Source: Nanobdellota archaeon (GTDB lineage: Archaea; Nanobdellota; Nanobdellia; Woesearchaeales; GW2011-AR9). Taken from it: a stretch of 56,720 nucleotides of DNA. The stretch covers positions 1-56,720 of the forward strand of contig JAUSJN010000070.1 in the NCBI GenBank assembly GCA_030647325.1. Direction: 5' to 3'. This document shows, in pieces, positions 1 to 8,276 of the stretch. The translations under genes were made by a program, and so were the position numbers. Each line of letters starts with the position of its first letter. Position 1 is the first letter of the stretch. The notes beneath the pieces were generated by a model, which was not told the DNA's origin, made no database searches, and worked only from the letters and a program-made list of their open reading frames with translations.

Positions 1-1
1 A

Positions 2-172
2 ACTCTCCTACAGCGCCTGCTCGGTTATGGGACCGTGTTTGTGCATGTAGGGAATACCGCTCTTGAACTGAGAGATGTTGATAATCCGCATGAAGTTTTA
101 AAAATGTTTGAGCGCTTGATAGAAGAGACCAGGAAAAATCAGCAAAATAGAAACTTTGCCAATAGGAATTAA
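2..172 (+). CDS. 3' fragment of a gene for a bacterial-PH (bPH_2/YdbT-like) domain protein; start lies upstream of the window
   Basis: Frame 2 is open from the window edge to TAA 170-172 (...LLGYGTVFVHVGNTALELRDVDNPHEVLKMFERLIEE...). It resembles the C-terminal part of bPH_2 domains. Absent from the ORF track because no start codon is in-window. Confidence 0.4.
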   Translation, partial: TLLQRLLGYGTVFVHVGNTALELRDVDNPHEVLKMFERLIEETRKNQQNRNFANRN

Positions 173-211
173 CAGTCAAAATATAACCAAGGGCAAAAAT
201 CAACTACCTCT

Positions 212-613
212 TTAGTTGGTTTTCTTTAAGCGTTCCAACTCTCGTAACCACATCAATCCTATCTTCACCATAAGCTTATTGAATTTGTCAGATAGCTTAT
301 ACGTTTTCTTGAAGAGATCATACTCGATCAAGCCCATCCCGCGCATAGGCGTAAGGATCCGGTCATAAAATTGTCTCTTATTGTAGGACATCCTCGCTTC
401 CTCTTGCAGGGGCGATTTGCCTTTTTCTTTTAGGATGATTTTTCCTTCATGAAGATTGTTGGCGAATAATCCCATCTCTGTCTTTCCGATCTCTCCCCCG
501 TTGATCGCCATGTACTTGATGAGCATCTTCGCTACTACTTCTTGCTGTTCAGTAGCGAAAATGACTGAATAAATATTTTCCGGCAGATTTTGTTGGTCTA
601 CTAAGATTACCAT
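212..613 (-). CDS. hypothetical protein (133 aa)
   Basis: Only long ORF in this interval. AT-rich TATA-like sequence just upstream of the start on the minus strand. No recognisable motif. Confidence 0.5.
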   Translation of the reverse strand: MVILVDQQNLPENIYSVIFATEQQEVVAKMLIKYMAINGGEIGKTEMGLFANNLHEGKIILKEKGKSPLQEEARMSYNKRQFYDRILTPMRGMGLIEYDLFKKTYKLSDKFNKLMVKIGLMWLRELERLKKTN

Positions 614-661
614 TTGTATAATAATGGTATATTAATATATAAATATTACATTAAATAGACC

Positions 662-799
662 AGAAAGCCTCGTCTTTTAAGGCGAGGATGAATGGCTTTC
701 TAGCCTATTTATGTCACAATAGGCGGGGTTAAGAAATCTTCTCCGTTCAAGCCACGCACTTTAGTGCGTGGTGAGAAGATTTCCCGCCTATTTATGACA
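662..799 (+). repeat. hairpin-module locus A: stem AGAAAGCC/GGCTTTCT around CCTCGTC-TTTTAA-GGCGAGG, then an 88-nt three-tier hairpin (712-799)
   Basis: Complementary arms read directly: TGTCACAATAGGCGGG/CCCGCCTATTTATGACA, GAAATCTTCTC/GAGAAGATTTC, GCCACGCAC/GTGCGTGG. Same layout as 18293-18379. Confidence 0.75.
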
Positions 800-861
800 T
801 TATGCTTTGAGAAGGAAGTGGAAGTCCGGCTTGAGCCTGGTATCCAGGGTCTTGCAAAAGA

Positions 862-871
862 TTTATAAATA
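862..871 (+). promoter_or_regulatory. TATA box of rps17e
   Basis: TTTATAAATA, centred about 27 nt upstream of ATG 893. Confidence 0.55.
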
Positions 872-892
872 AACTTGGCTCCGAGCTTAATT

Positions 893-1081
893 ATGGGTCG
901 TATCAAAACTACGTTTATCAAAAGGAAAACAAAAGGACTTTGGAACCTTCACCGGGAAAAGATTACCGATGATTTTGAGCAGAACAAAAAGTTCACTTCT
1001 GCCTACACCAGCGGGGGCAGCAAAAAACTTCGCAACGTCATCGCTGGTTACTTGACTCGGCTTAAAAAACAGGAAGAATAA
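893..1081 (+). CDS. rps17e: 30S ribosomal protein S17e
   Basis: MGRIKTTFIKRKTK...KKLRNVIAGYLTRL matches the S17e family pattern. ATG at 893 is preferred over the TTG at 875 used by the track. TTTATAAATA box at 862-871. Confidence 0.9.
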   Translation: MGRIKTTFIKRKTKGLWNLHREKITDDFEQNKKFTSAYTSGGSKKLRNVIAGYLTRLKKQEE

Positions 1082-1188
1082 GCCTAAGATTTTTACTTTT
1101 TATTTTTTCGAGATTTTCTACAGGGCCAAAACAAACAAAACCCTTATATATCTATTTTCCTTCTATCGTCTAAAAAGAGGTACAGAGA

Positions 1189-2838
1189 TTGCTCCCAGTT
1201 AAAGATATTAAAAGACTCCAAGAGATAGTTACGGTTCTCTTTGAGGAAGGCCTGGGTTATTATATAGCCAAGACTAACCTGCGTATCCATCTTCCCTGGC
1301 ATAAGCGCCTAAGATCGGTTCTTCCCATCTCCAACCGGCAGCGCCAGGCTATCATGTTGCGCCGGTCATTTGAACGTTTAGGGCCGACTTTTGTAAAGTT
1401 TGGACAATTACTATCCCTGCGGCCGGACCTGGTGCCGAAAGAATATTCAGAAGAGTTTGAAAAATTACAAGATAGAGTTCCTCCTTTCTCGTATTCAAAA
1501 GTCAAAAGCATAATCGAAGGTGATCTGCAGAAACCGTTAAACAAGTTATTCTCTTCTTTTGATAAAAAACCATTGGCTTCCGCATCGATGGCCCAAGTTC
1601 ATCGTGCCGTGCTCAAGTCAGGCAGGAAAATAGTGGTGAAAGTACAGAGGCCGAACCTCAAAGAGATAATTGACACCGACCTGGATATTCTTTTTCATCT
1701 CGCTCATACCCTGGAAAAGCATTTCTCTTCCATCAAAAATTATCATCCTGTCGATGTAGTCAAGGAATTTGCCTTATGGACCAGGAGAGAATTAAATTTT
1801 GAGATAGAAGGGCGCAATGCAACACTGTTGCGGGAAAAACTAAAAGGCAATAAAGAAATAATAATCCCTAAGATGTATCCTGCTTTTTCTTCCAAGAGAG
1901 TCCTCACCATGGATTACGTCGAAGGCATAAAAATGAGCGACATTTCAGCGCTGGATAAATACAAGCTCGACCGGAAAAAAATAGTGATGAATTATGTCAA
2001 TTCTATCCTTGAACAGGCATTGCTGCATGGATTGTTTCATGCTGATCCTCATCCGGCAAATATCTTTGTGCAGAAGAGCGGCAAATTGGCCTTTATCGAT
2101 TATGGCATCGTGGGAGAATTGAACCCTGGCGATAGGAAAAAAGTCATCCGTTTCATCACTTCCGTGCATGAGAAAGATTCCAACAAAAGCATGGATATCA
2201 TCATCTCTCTGGCAAAAGATATCAGTAAGGCGAATCTTCCTGCCTTTAAGACCGAGACCAGAACCATACTGGAAGAAGTATATAAAAGTTCGATCGAAGA
2301 GAAGAGCATAGGAAAAGCGCTTTATGAGATCATCGGCAAGGGCGCGCAGTATGGGGTCATTTTTGATTCAAATCATGTCTTGATGGCTAAATCTCTCTTC
2401 CAAGCAGAGGGATTAGCGATGCGCCTTTATCCCCAATTCAAGATTTCTGATGGATTAGATGAATTCTCTAAAAAGTATCTGCAGGAAACATATTCTCCTA
2501 AAAATGTGGTTACTGCAGCCGCCAAGAAGCTCTGGAGCCAGAAAGAATTACTGGAAGATCTGCCTGAACACATCTACAAGATAATAAAAAAGTTAGAGGA
2601 GCCTGATTCTCCCACCACCATCGATGTTTCGCAGATCAAGGAACTGGAGCGGGAGATGGAACATGTAAACAAGAGAAGAGTTTTAGGGATCATCATCGCC
2701 TCATTGATCCTTTCTTCTGCGATCCTTCTTTACCTGGAAGGAAGAACTGCTATTTTAGGTATTCCCGTGAGCGCGATCATGCTCGTCCTTACCCTGCTGC
2801 TATTAATCAAATTCATGTACATTCACAAGGAGGATTGA
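1189..2838 (+). CDS. ABC1/UbiB-family atypical protein kinase with C-terminal TM helices
   Basis: Motifs LGPTFVKFGQLLSLRPDLVP, ASASMAQVHRA, VVKVQRP, FHADPHPANIF, FIDYGIVG. Hydrophobic C-terminus. Confidence 0.9.
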   Translation: MLPVKDIKRLQEIVTVLFEEGLGYYIAKTNLRIHLPWHKRLRSVLPISNRQRQAIMLRRSFERLGPTFVKFGQLLSLRPDLVPKEYSEEFEKLQDRVPPFSYSKVKSIIEGDLQKPLNKLFSSFDKKPLASASMAQVHRAVLKSGRKIVVKVQRPNLKEIIDTDLDILFHLAHTLEKHFSSIKNYHPVDVVKEFALWTRRELNFEIEGRNATLLREKLKGNKEIIIPKMYPAFSSKRVLTMDYVEGIKMSDISALDKYKLDRKKIVMNYVNSILEQALLHGLFHADPHPANIFVQKSGKLAFIDYGIVGELNPGDRKKVIRFITSVHEKDSNKSMDIIISLAKDISKANLPAFKTETRTILEEVYKSSIEEKSIGKALYEIIGKGAQYGVIFDSNHVLMAKSLFQAEGLAMRLYPQFKISDGLDEFSKKYLQETYSPKNVVTAAAKKLWSQKELLEDLPEHIYKIIKKLEEPDSPTTIDVSQIKELEREMEHVNKRRVLGIIIASLILSSAILLYLEGRTAILGIPVSAIMLVLTLLLLIKFMYIHKED

Positions 2839-2842
2839 GAGA

Positions 2843-3172
2843 ATGGTTGAAAGAATAAAAAAAATTGTAGAAACGGGATATGGTTTAGGTCTGCTTAGTT
2901 TGGCAGAAGCAAAAAAAATCGCTTCCAAAGTAAAAAGAGATCTTCACTTAAGTGATGACGAAAGCCTTAAGCTGGCCCGCCAGTTGGTAGCGAATTCAAA
3001 ACAGGCTAGCAAAGACGTTCTAAGCACGGCTAACCGCTATTTTGAATCGGCGCTGGAAAAGTCCGGCGTAGCCAGCAAAGGGGAATTAATGGCGGCCAGA
3101 AAATTTCTGAAACGGCGTGCGCGAAGAGTGAAAGATAAGATGAAAGATAATCTGAAGAAAAAGAAGAGATAG
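2843..3172 (+). CDS. hypothetical helical, lysine-rich protein (109 aa), probably co-transcribed with the ABC1 kinase
   Basis: Starts 4 nt after the kinase stop. Predicted all-helical with a basic tail. Confidence 0.55.
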   Translation: MVERIKKIVETGYGLGLLSLAEAKKIASKVKRDLHLSDDESLKLARQLVANSKQASKDVLSTANRYFESALEKSGVASKGELMAARKFLKRRARRVKDKMKDNLKKKKR

Positions 3173-3204
3173 ATTTTATCTTTATTTCTTGCTTTCCCTA
3201 AACG

Positions 3205-3214
3205 TTTATAAATA
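3205..3214 (+). promoter_or_regulatory. TATA box of the aIF2-gamma gene
   Basis: TTTATAAATA, centred about 25 nt upstream of ATG 3235. Confidence 0.55.
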
Positions 3215-3234
3215 AACTGCTGTTCTAGGCTGTT

Positions 3235-4593
3235 ATGGGCCCTCGAAAAAAAAGTATGCCGGACGCAGCGGAAGAACCTAAGAAAACAACTCTTAAGGCT
3301 CCTAAAAAGTCCTCAAAGGCAAAGCCTTTGGAACACCCTGACGGCGTGAAGGAAAAAATAGAAACTGCTGGTCGAGAATCGGTTCAACCGGAATTAAATA
3401 TCGCTTTAGTGGGCCATGTTGACCACGGAAAAACAACTCTTACCGAAAGATTGAGCGGAAAATGGGCCGATACCCATTCTGAAGAATTAAAGCGTGGAAT
3501 CACTATCCGTCTGGGCTATGCTGACTTTTCCATCTATCTCTGTGAAAACTGCAATTATCTTACCACTAAAAAGAAATGCACTAAATGCAATGGTGAAGCA
3601 GTATTCCAGCGAAAAATATCATTAGTCGATGCGCCAGGACATGAATCTCTGATGGCGACCATGCTCTCCGGAGCAGCCATCGTTGACGGTGCGTTATTGT
3701 TAGTCGCTGCTAATGAAAAATGCCCTCAGCCACAGACCAAAGAGCACTTGATGGCCATCCACATCAGCGGGATAAAGAAGGTCATCGTGGTGCAGAACAA
3801 GATAGACTTAGTATCGTATGAAGAAGCTCTTGCCAATTACCAAGAAATAAAACAATTTTTGTCTTCGACAGAGTATAAGGATGCGCCGATCATCCCTATC
3901 TCCGCAAGAGCGAATGCCAATATCGATGTTTTGCTGAAAGCGATCCAGGAACATGTGCCGACTCCTAAGAGAGATTTGGAAAAAGACCCTCTTATGCTGG
4001 TAGCACGTTCTTTTGATATCAATAAGCCCGGATCACGACCGGAAAAATTAGCGGGTGGAGTCTTAGGCGGAACAGTTAAGCAGGGAAAATTCAAAGTAGG
4101 AGATGCTATCGAGATCTGTCCTGGTTACATGGTCGAGGAAAAGAATAAGAAAATTGCCAAACCTTTAAAATCAACTATCGCTCAGATTTTCTCTGGCGGC
4201 CAACCGGTCGAAGAGATCCTGCCCGGCGGGAGCATGGCCATCCGTACTACTCTAGATCCTTCTGTGGTGAAATCAGATTCTTTGACTGGTTCGATCGTCG
4301 GATTGCCAGGAAAGATTCCGGCAGTTCATTATCAAGTCAATTTAGAGACCTTTCTCCTAGAAAGAGTAGTCGGAACCAAAGAAGAGATGGAAGTCAAGCC
4401 TTTAGCGAAAGGTGAAGTCTTGATGTTGAACTGCAACTCTGCCGCAACTGTCGGCGTGGTGGTTGATCCTTCCAAGAAGAATACTATTTGCGCCCTGAAA
4501 AAACCGATCTGTGCCAACCCGGGAGATAGGATCACCATCTCTCGAAGAGTGGGAGACAGGTTTAGGTTGATCGGTTATGGAATTTTAAAATAA
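3235..4593 (+). CDS. eif2g: translation initiation factor aIF2 gamma subunit
   Basis: GTPase motifs GHVDHGKTTL, DAPGHE, NKID. Zinc knuckle CENC...CTKC. Lys-rich N-terminal extension. TATA box at 3205-3214. Confidence 0.95.
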   Translation: MGPRKKSMPDAAEEPKKTTLKAPKKSSKAKPLEHPDGVKEKIETAGRESVQPELNIALVGHVDHGKTTLTERLSGKWADTHSEELKRGITIRLGYADFSIYLCENCNYLTTKKKCTKCNGEAVFQRKISLVDAPGHESLMATMLSGAAIVDGALLLVAANEKCPQPQTKEHLMAIHISGIKKVIVVQNKIDLVSYEEALANYQEIKQFLSSTEYKDAPIIPISARANANIDVLLKAIQEHVPTPKRDLEKDPLMLVARSFDINKPGSRPEKLAGGVLGGTVKQGKFKVGDAIEICPGYMVEEKNKKIAKPLKSTIAQIFSGGQPVEEILPGGSMAIRTTLDPSVVKSDSLTGSIVGLPGKIPAVHYQVNLETFLLERVVGTKEEMEVKPLAKGEVLMLNCNSAATVGVVVDPSKKNTICALKKPICANPGDRITISRRVGDRFRLIGYGILK

Positions 4594-4640
4594 AATTCCG
4601 AATCCTCGCCTTCGGCTGCGGTTATGGAATATTGAAATAG
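4573..4640 (+). repeat. 21-nt duplication of the aIF2-gamma 3' end (4573-4593 and 4620-4640) flanking a 26-nt hairpin insert
   Basis: GGTTATGGAATTTTAAAATAA versus GGTTATGGAATATTGAAATAG. Both encode GYGILK-stop, and the three differences are all synonymous or stop-to-stop. Confidence 0.8.
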
Positions 4641-4641
4641 G

Positions 4642-4929
4642 TTAATCTTCTCTCTGCAAATCTTCAAATTGCCGTTCGTAAAAATTTGCATTATTCTTAT
4701 TAATTCCAACATAATATTTATTTAATTTTCTAAATTCTGCTTCTCCTAAGCCCAGCGAAGCAAAGTCTAATAGTCGGTCCAATACTTGTTCAATAGCTGC
4801 AGTTGAAGTTATATTGTTATTGATAATCTCGTCAATTGATTCTCTGACCGAAGGCATGATCTCTTCAATTTGCCTGTTAAGGTCACCAATCCTCTCAAAT
4901 ATGCTCTCATAATCAGTTCTGGCAGGCAT
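4642..4929 (-). CDS. hypothetical helical protein (95 aa)
   Basis: ORF convergent with aIF2-gamma. No recognisable motif. Confidence 0.45.
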   Translation of the reverse strand: MPARTDYESIFERIGDLNRQIEEIMPSVRESIDEIINNNITSTAAIEQVLDRLLDFASLGLGEAEFRKLNKYYVGINKNNANFYERQFEDLQRED

Positions 4930-4985
4930 TATACCTCTAGAGAGTAATTAACAACTATTTTATACTTATCTTTTTTCTTATCAGT

Positions 4986-5792
4986 ATGGTCAAGCTTATT
5001 AGCTACAATATTGAATATTGTGAGGGGATGGAAGGGATATGGTACCAGTATCTGCAGTTCTGGAAAATATTTTTCCCGCCCAGAGATCTTGAGAGAAGGA
5101 TGGTTGCTGCCCTTCATAAATTAAAACCGGATATACTAGCTCTTATAGAAGTAGATATCGGTTCTCTGCGTAGTAGAGGAGAGGATGAAGTCCGTTTTTT
5201 AGAAGAGAAGCTCGGTTTTACTAATTTTGTCGAGAAGGTAAAGTATCCTGTAAAAGGATGGTTAAAATTATTCCATCATATTCCGATCCTTAACAAGCAG
5301 GCTAACGCGTTAGTCTCACGATTTCCGTTCACCAAGGTCCGCTATCACGTCTTTCACGAAGGGACTAAAAGGATGATCATCGAGGCTACGGTAAAATGCC
5401 CTAATCCGGTAACACTGTTAGCCGCTCATCTCGCCTTAGGAAAAAAAACGAGGGCGAAACAGATCAAAGAATTGATTCGGATCGTCAATAACATAAAAAA
5501 TCCAGTCATTTTAATGGGCGACTTTAATACTTTTAATGGGGAACAAGAGATCAAGGACTTGTTGCAGAAAACTCATCTGAAAGATTTGATCAGCTTGGAT
5601 AAAAAATCAGTTCCGCTGACCGAACCGGCTTGGCATCCTACCCGTAGATTAGATTATATCCTTACTTCACCTCAGGTAAAAGTGAAGAAGTATTCGGTCT
5701 TAAAGTTTCATTTTTCAGATCATCTGCCCTTGATGATTGATTTTGACTTTAAGAAAGCAGGAAAAAAATCAGTAAAGAAACCAAACAACTAG
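4986..5792 (+). CDS. endonuclease/exonuclease/phosphatase (EEP) family protein
   Basis: N-terminal SYNIE and C-terminal DYIL...SDHLPL motifs typical of the EEP fold. Paralog at 49413-50219. Confidence 0.8.
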   Translation: MVKLISYNIEYCEGMEGIWYQYLQFWKIFFPPRDLERRMVAALHKLKPDILALIEVDIGSLRSRGEDEVRFLEEKLGFTNFVEKVKYPVKGWLKLFHHIPILNKQANALVSRFPFTKVRYHVFHEGTKRMIIEATVKCPNPVTLLAAHLALGKKTRAKQIKELIRIVNNIKNPVILMGDFNTFNGEQEIKDLLQKTHLKDLISLDKKSVPLTEPAWHPTRRLDYILTSPQVKVKKYSVLKFHFSDHLPLMIDFDFKKAGKKSVKKPNN

Positions 5793-5828
5793 AGTAACGT
5801 ATATAAATCCCAGGATATTACTTCTATT

Positions 5829-6239
5829 ATGAATAAAATTGCCCTGGCGGTGCTGCTTGGAGGTTTTGGGACGCAATTATTGAAGCTCTTGATCATTTTT
5901 TTCCGGCATAAATCCTTGTCATGGCATGATTTAGTCGTAACAGGGGGCATGCCTTCATCTCACTCCGCGTTTGTCGTTTCCTTAGCCAGTATAATCTACC
6001 TTGAAGAAGGGTTGTCTACGGCGTTTGTTATCAGCTTGGTTTTGGCAATGATTGTGCTTCGGGACGCTTTTGGAGTGCGCAGAACCGTAGGAATGGAAGG
6101 AAAACAGATCGAGAAGTTACTGAAGCTGCACAAATTAAAGTCAAAATTCCATTATTCTATGGGCCATACACCTTTACAAGTAGTGGTTGGAGCAGCTCTA
6201 GGGTTGGCATCGTCACTGGCAGTCTTCTTCCTGCTCTGA
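5829..6239 (+). CDS. divergent PAP2 / DUF212 (YuiD-like) membrane protein
   Basis: GGMPSSHSAFVVSLA, RDAFGVRR and GHTPLQVVVGA motifs. Several TM helices. Confidence 0.8.
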   Translation: MNKIALAVLLGGFGTQLLKLLIIFFRHKSLSWHDLVVTGGMPSSHSAFVVSLASIIYLEEGLSTAFVISLVLAMIVLRDAFGVRRTVGMEGKQIEKLLKLHKLKSKFHYSMGHTPLQVVVGAALGLASSLAVFFLL

Positions 6240-6278
6240 GGCGATTTCTGGCTTCTCTCTAATAAATTTAACGAAAGG

Positions 6279-6288
6279 TTTATAAATT
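6279..6288 (+). promoter_or_regulatory. TATA box of tfb
   Basis: TTTATAAATT, 40-50 nt upstream of the candidate starts. Confidence 0.45.
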
Positions 6289-6325
6289 AAAGATACGGGG
6301 TTATTGTATTAATAGCCATCAAGGC

Positions 6326-7261
6326 GTGATACTTATGATACGAAAAGCCCTTAAAGAATGTCCTGAATGTGCAAGCCGTAATATATTCAGGAACGTCGAA
6401 AAAGGCGAAACTATCTGCCGGGATTGCGGTCTGGTCATTGAAGATCGCATGGTAGATTTCTCTCAGGAATGGCGTAGTTTTGAAGATGATGGTGGCCAGG
6501 ACAGCAAACGAAGAACTGGAGCTCCTTCCAGCGCTACCCAATTCGATCAAGGATTAGGGACCGAAGTCGGTACTACCGCAGATTTCTATAAATTAGGATC
6601 GGATAGAGAAAGAGATAGATTCTTCAGACTGCGAAAATGGAATATCCGTATCAGCACTGCTATTGAACGGAACTTAAAAGTTGCCCTGGCAGAATTAAAG
6701 AGAGTAAGTTCATATTTACGATTGCCTAAATCTGTGGAAGAGGAAGCTGCCCGCATCTATAGATCAGCGGTGCAGAAGGGATTAGTACGAGGAAGATCCA
6801 TGGAATCAGTCGTAGCTGGCGCATTGTACGCAGCCTGCCGAAGACATGAGATTCCACGTACACTCGATGAGATGGGCGAAGCTTCCGGCATTGAGAAGAA
6901 AGAGATTGGAAGAACCTATCGTTTTGTTACCCGCGAACTGGAAATCAGCATCCGGCCCAGTAATCCAGCTGATTACATCCCTCGTTTTGCCTCTGCTTTG
7001 AAATTAAGCCCGGAAACACAGTCAAAAGCAGTTGAGATCCTTGAACAAGCAAGAGATATCGAATTGACTTCCGGACGAGGACCAACTGGAATTGCTGCTG
7101 CTGCATTGTATGTCGCTTCTTTGATCCACGGCGAAAAGAGAACGCAGCGAGAAGTTGCTGACGTCGCTGGAGTTACGGAAGTTACTATCAGGAATAGATA
7201 CAAAGAATTGATCAAGAAGCTGAAGTTAAGCAAAGACGTCGAGAAGACCAAGAAGAAGTAA
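6326..7261 (+). CDS. tfb: transcription initiation factor IIB (TFB)
   Basis: N-terminal Zn ribbon CPECAS...CRDCG and two cyclin-like repeats. The track start is GTG 6326; ATG at 6335 is an equally plausible start. TATA box at 6279-6288. Confidence 0.95.
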   Translation: MILMIRKALKECPECASRNIFRNVEKGETICRDCGLVIEDRMVDFSQEWRSFEDDGGQDSKRRTGAPSSATQFDQGLGTEVGTTADFYKLGSDRERDRFFRLRKWNIRISTAIERNLKVALAELKRVSSYLRLPKSVEEEAARIYRSAVQKGLVRGRSMESVVAGALYAACRRHEIPRTLDEMGEASGIEKKEIGRTYRFVTRELEISIRPSNPADYIPRFASALKLSPETQSKAVEILEQARDIELTSGRGPTGIAAAALYVASLIHGEKRTQREVADVAGVTEVTIRNRYKELIKKLKLSKDVEKTKKK

Positions 7262-7302
7262 TTATTTTTCTTATAAGTTGGTTTTAGGTGTTGGTATGAG
7301 AG

Positions 7303-8253
7303 ATGGAAAAATACGACCCAGAATTTGCACGAAAAATAGTGGAGCATTATCCTGCTGGTACTCAAGTAGAGAAAGCTCTTTATCTTGCTCAAATGTTTGG
7401 AAAGAGGACAGAGTTTGAAGCTGCTTTAAAGGATCATGGTAGAGGTGTAGGTTTTCGTCGCAATGGGAAAAGTTTGATTGATCTTCTTAATGATGTTTGT
7501 GTACAGAAAGCTGAGTTAGTAAAGCATGACAGAACTCCTCGCGTTTATTCTGTTAATAATAATTTTCTTGCTGTTGAGAATATTCAATGCGTTGATGATG
7601 ATGGGAAGGTATTTGAACAATATAACCATCTGGCTTTTAGTAAAGATATTTTTCGGAAGGGAGGAAAAATAATTAATTTTACTCCTTATAATGCGGCAGT
7701 TCATTGCGAGAAAAATGAATTATTTTTACCGAGTTTTGCCTTGACTTGTAATATTGTTGTTGCTTTGTCTCAAAATAGGGATAATGCTGATGCAAATGCA
7801 CTCTTACAACAATATAAAAACCAAGGCGGCGGTCACGGTTATCATGCACAAAATACAATTATCAATTATGCTATGGAAGAAATAATTCATTATCCTACTG
7901 CGGCAGATTTCAACCAAACGGTAGTAGTTAATGCCGGTCTAAGAAAAATGGGAAAATGTACCAAAGCATCCCTGCAGGATGATCTTTTGGAAAGAGCACT
8001 TAAAGATACTGCTCACACTCTTTATGTAAAACAATTGACCGGTCTTGCTAATCCGTTTGATCTTGTTGAAGTAGGAAAATACCTCGATAAGCCAGTAAGA
8101 TTATGGTTCCCTTGGGGCGGTCAAGGCGGCACTGCTTTTAATGAGAAATGGGCGGCGTGGCTTGGTTGTGTTGGTGATTACTTTTACCTTAGTGGTGATG
8201 GCATTCTTAGTAACTATGGCGCCGCTCGTGGGGTAAAATTAGTCGCACCGTAG
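7303..8253 (+). CDS. hypothetical protein (316 aa)
   Basis: Long ORF with no competing frame. No motif recognised. Confidence 0.6.
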   Translation: MEKYDPEFARKIVEHYPAGTQVEKALYLAQMFGKRTEFEAALKDHGRGVGFRRNGKSLIDLLNDVCVQKAELVKHDRTPRVYSVNNNFLAVENIQCVDDDGKVFEQYNHLAFSKDIFRKGGKIINFTPYNAAVHCEKNELFLPSFALTCNIVVALSQNRDNADANALLQQYKNQGGGHGYHAQNTIINYAMEEIIHYPTAADFNQTVVVNAGLRKMGKCTKASLQDDLLERALKDTAHTLYVKQLTGLANPFDLVEVGKYLDKPVRLWFPWGGQGGTAFNEKWAAWLGCVGDYFYLSGDGILSNYGAARGVKLVAP

Positions 8254-8276
8254 GCGAACAAAAAAGGTCTACAAAC

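Noticed and set aside
712-799. Box H/ACA guide RNA interpretation, since the long hairpins end in ...TGACA
   Set aside because: The hairpins are almost fully paired. They have no two-sided pseudouridylation pocket and no K-turn/K-loop (GA-AG) in the upper stem.
709-921. 70-aa minus-strand ORF
   Set aside because: It lies entirely within the long palindrome of locus A and the rps17e promoter and start. Its sequence is a by-product of the inverted repeat.
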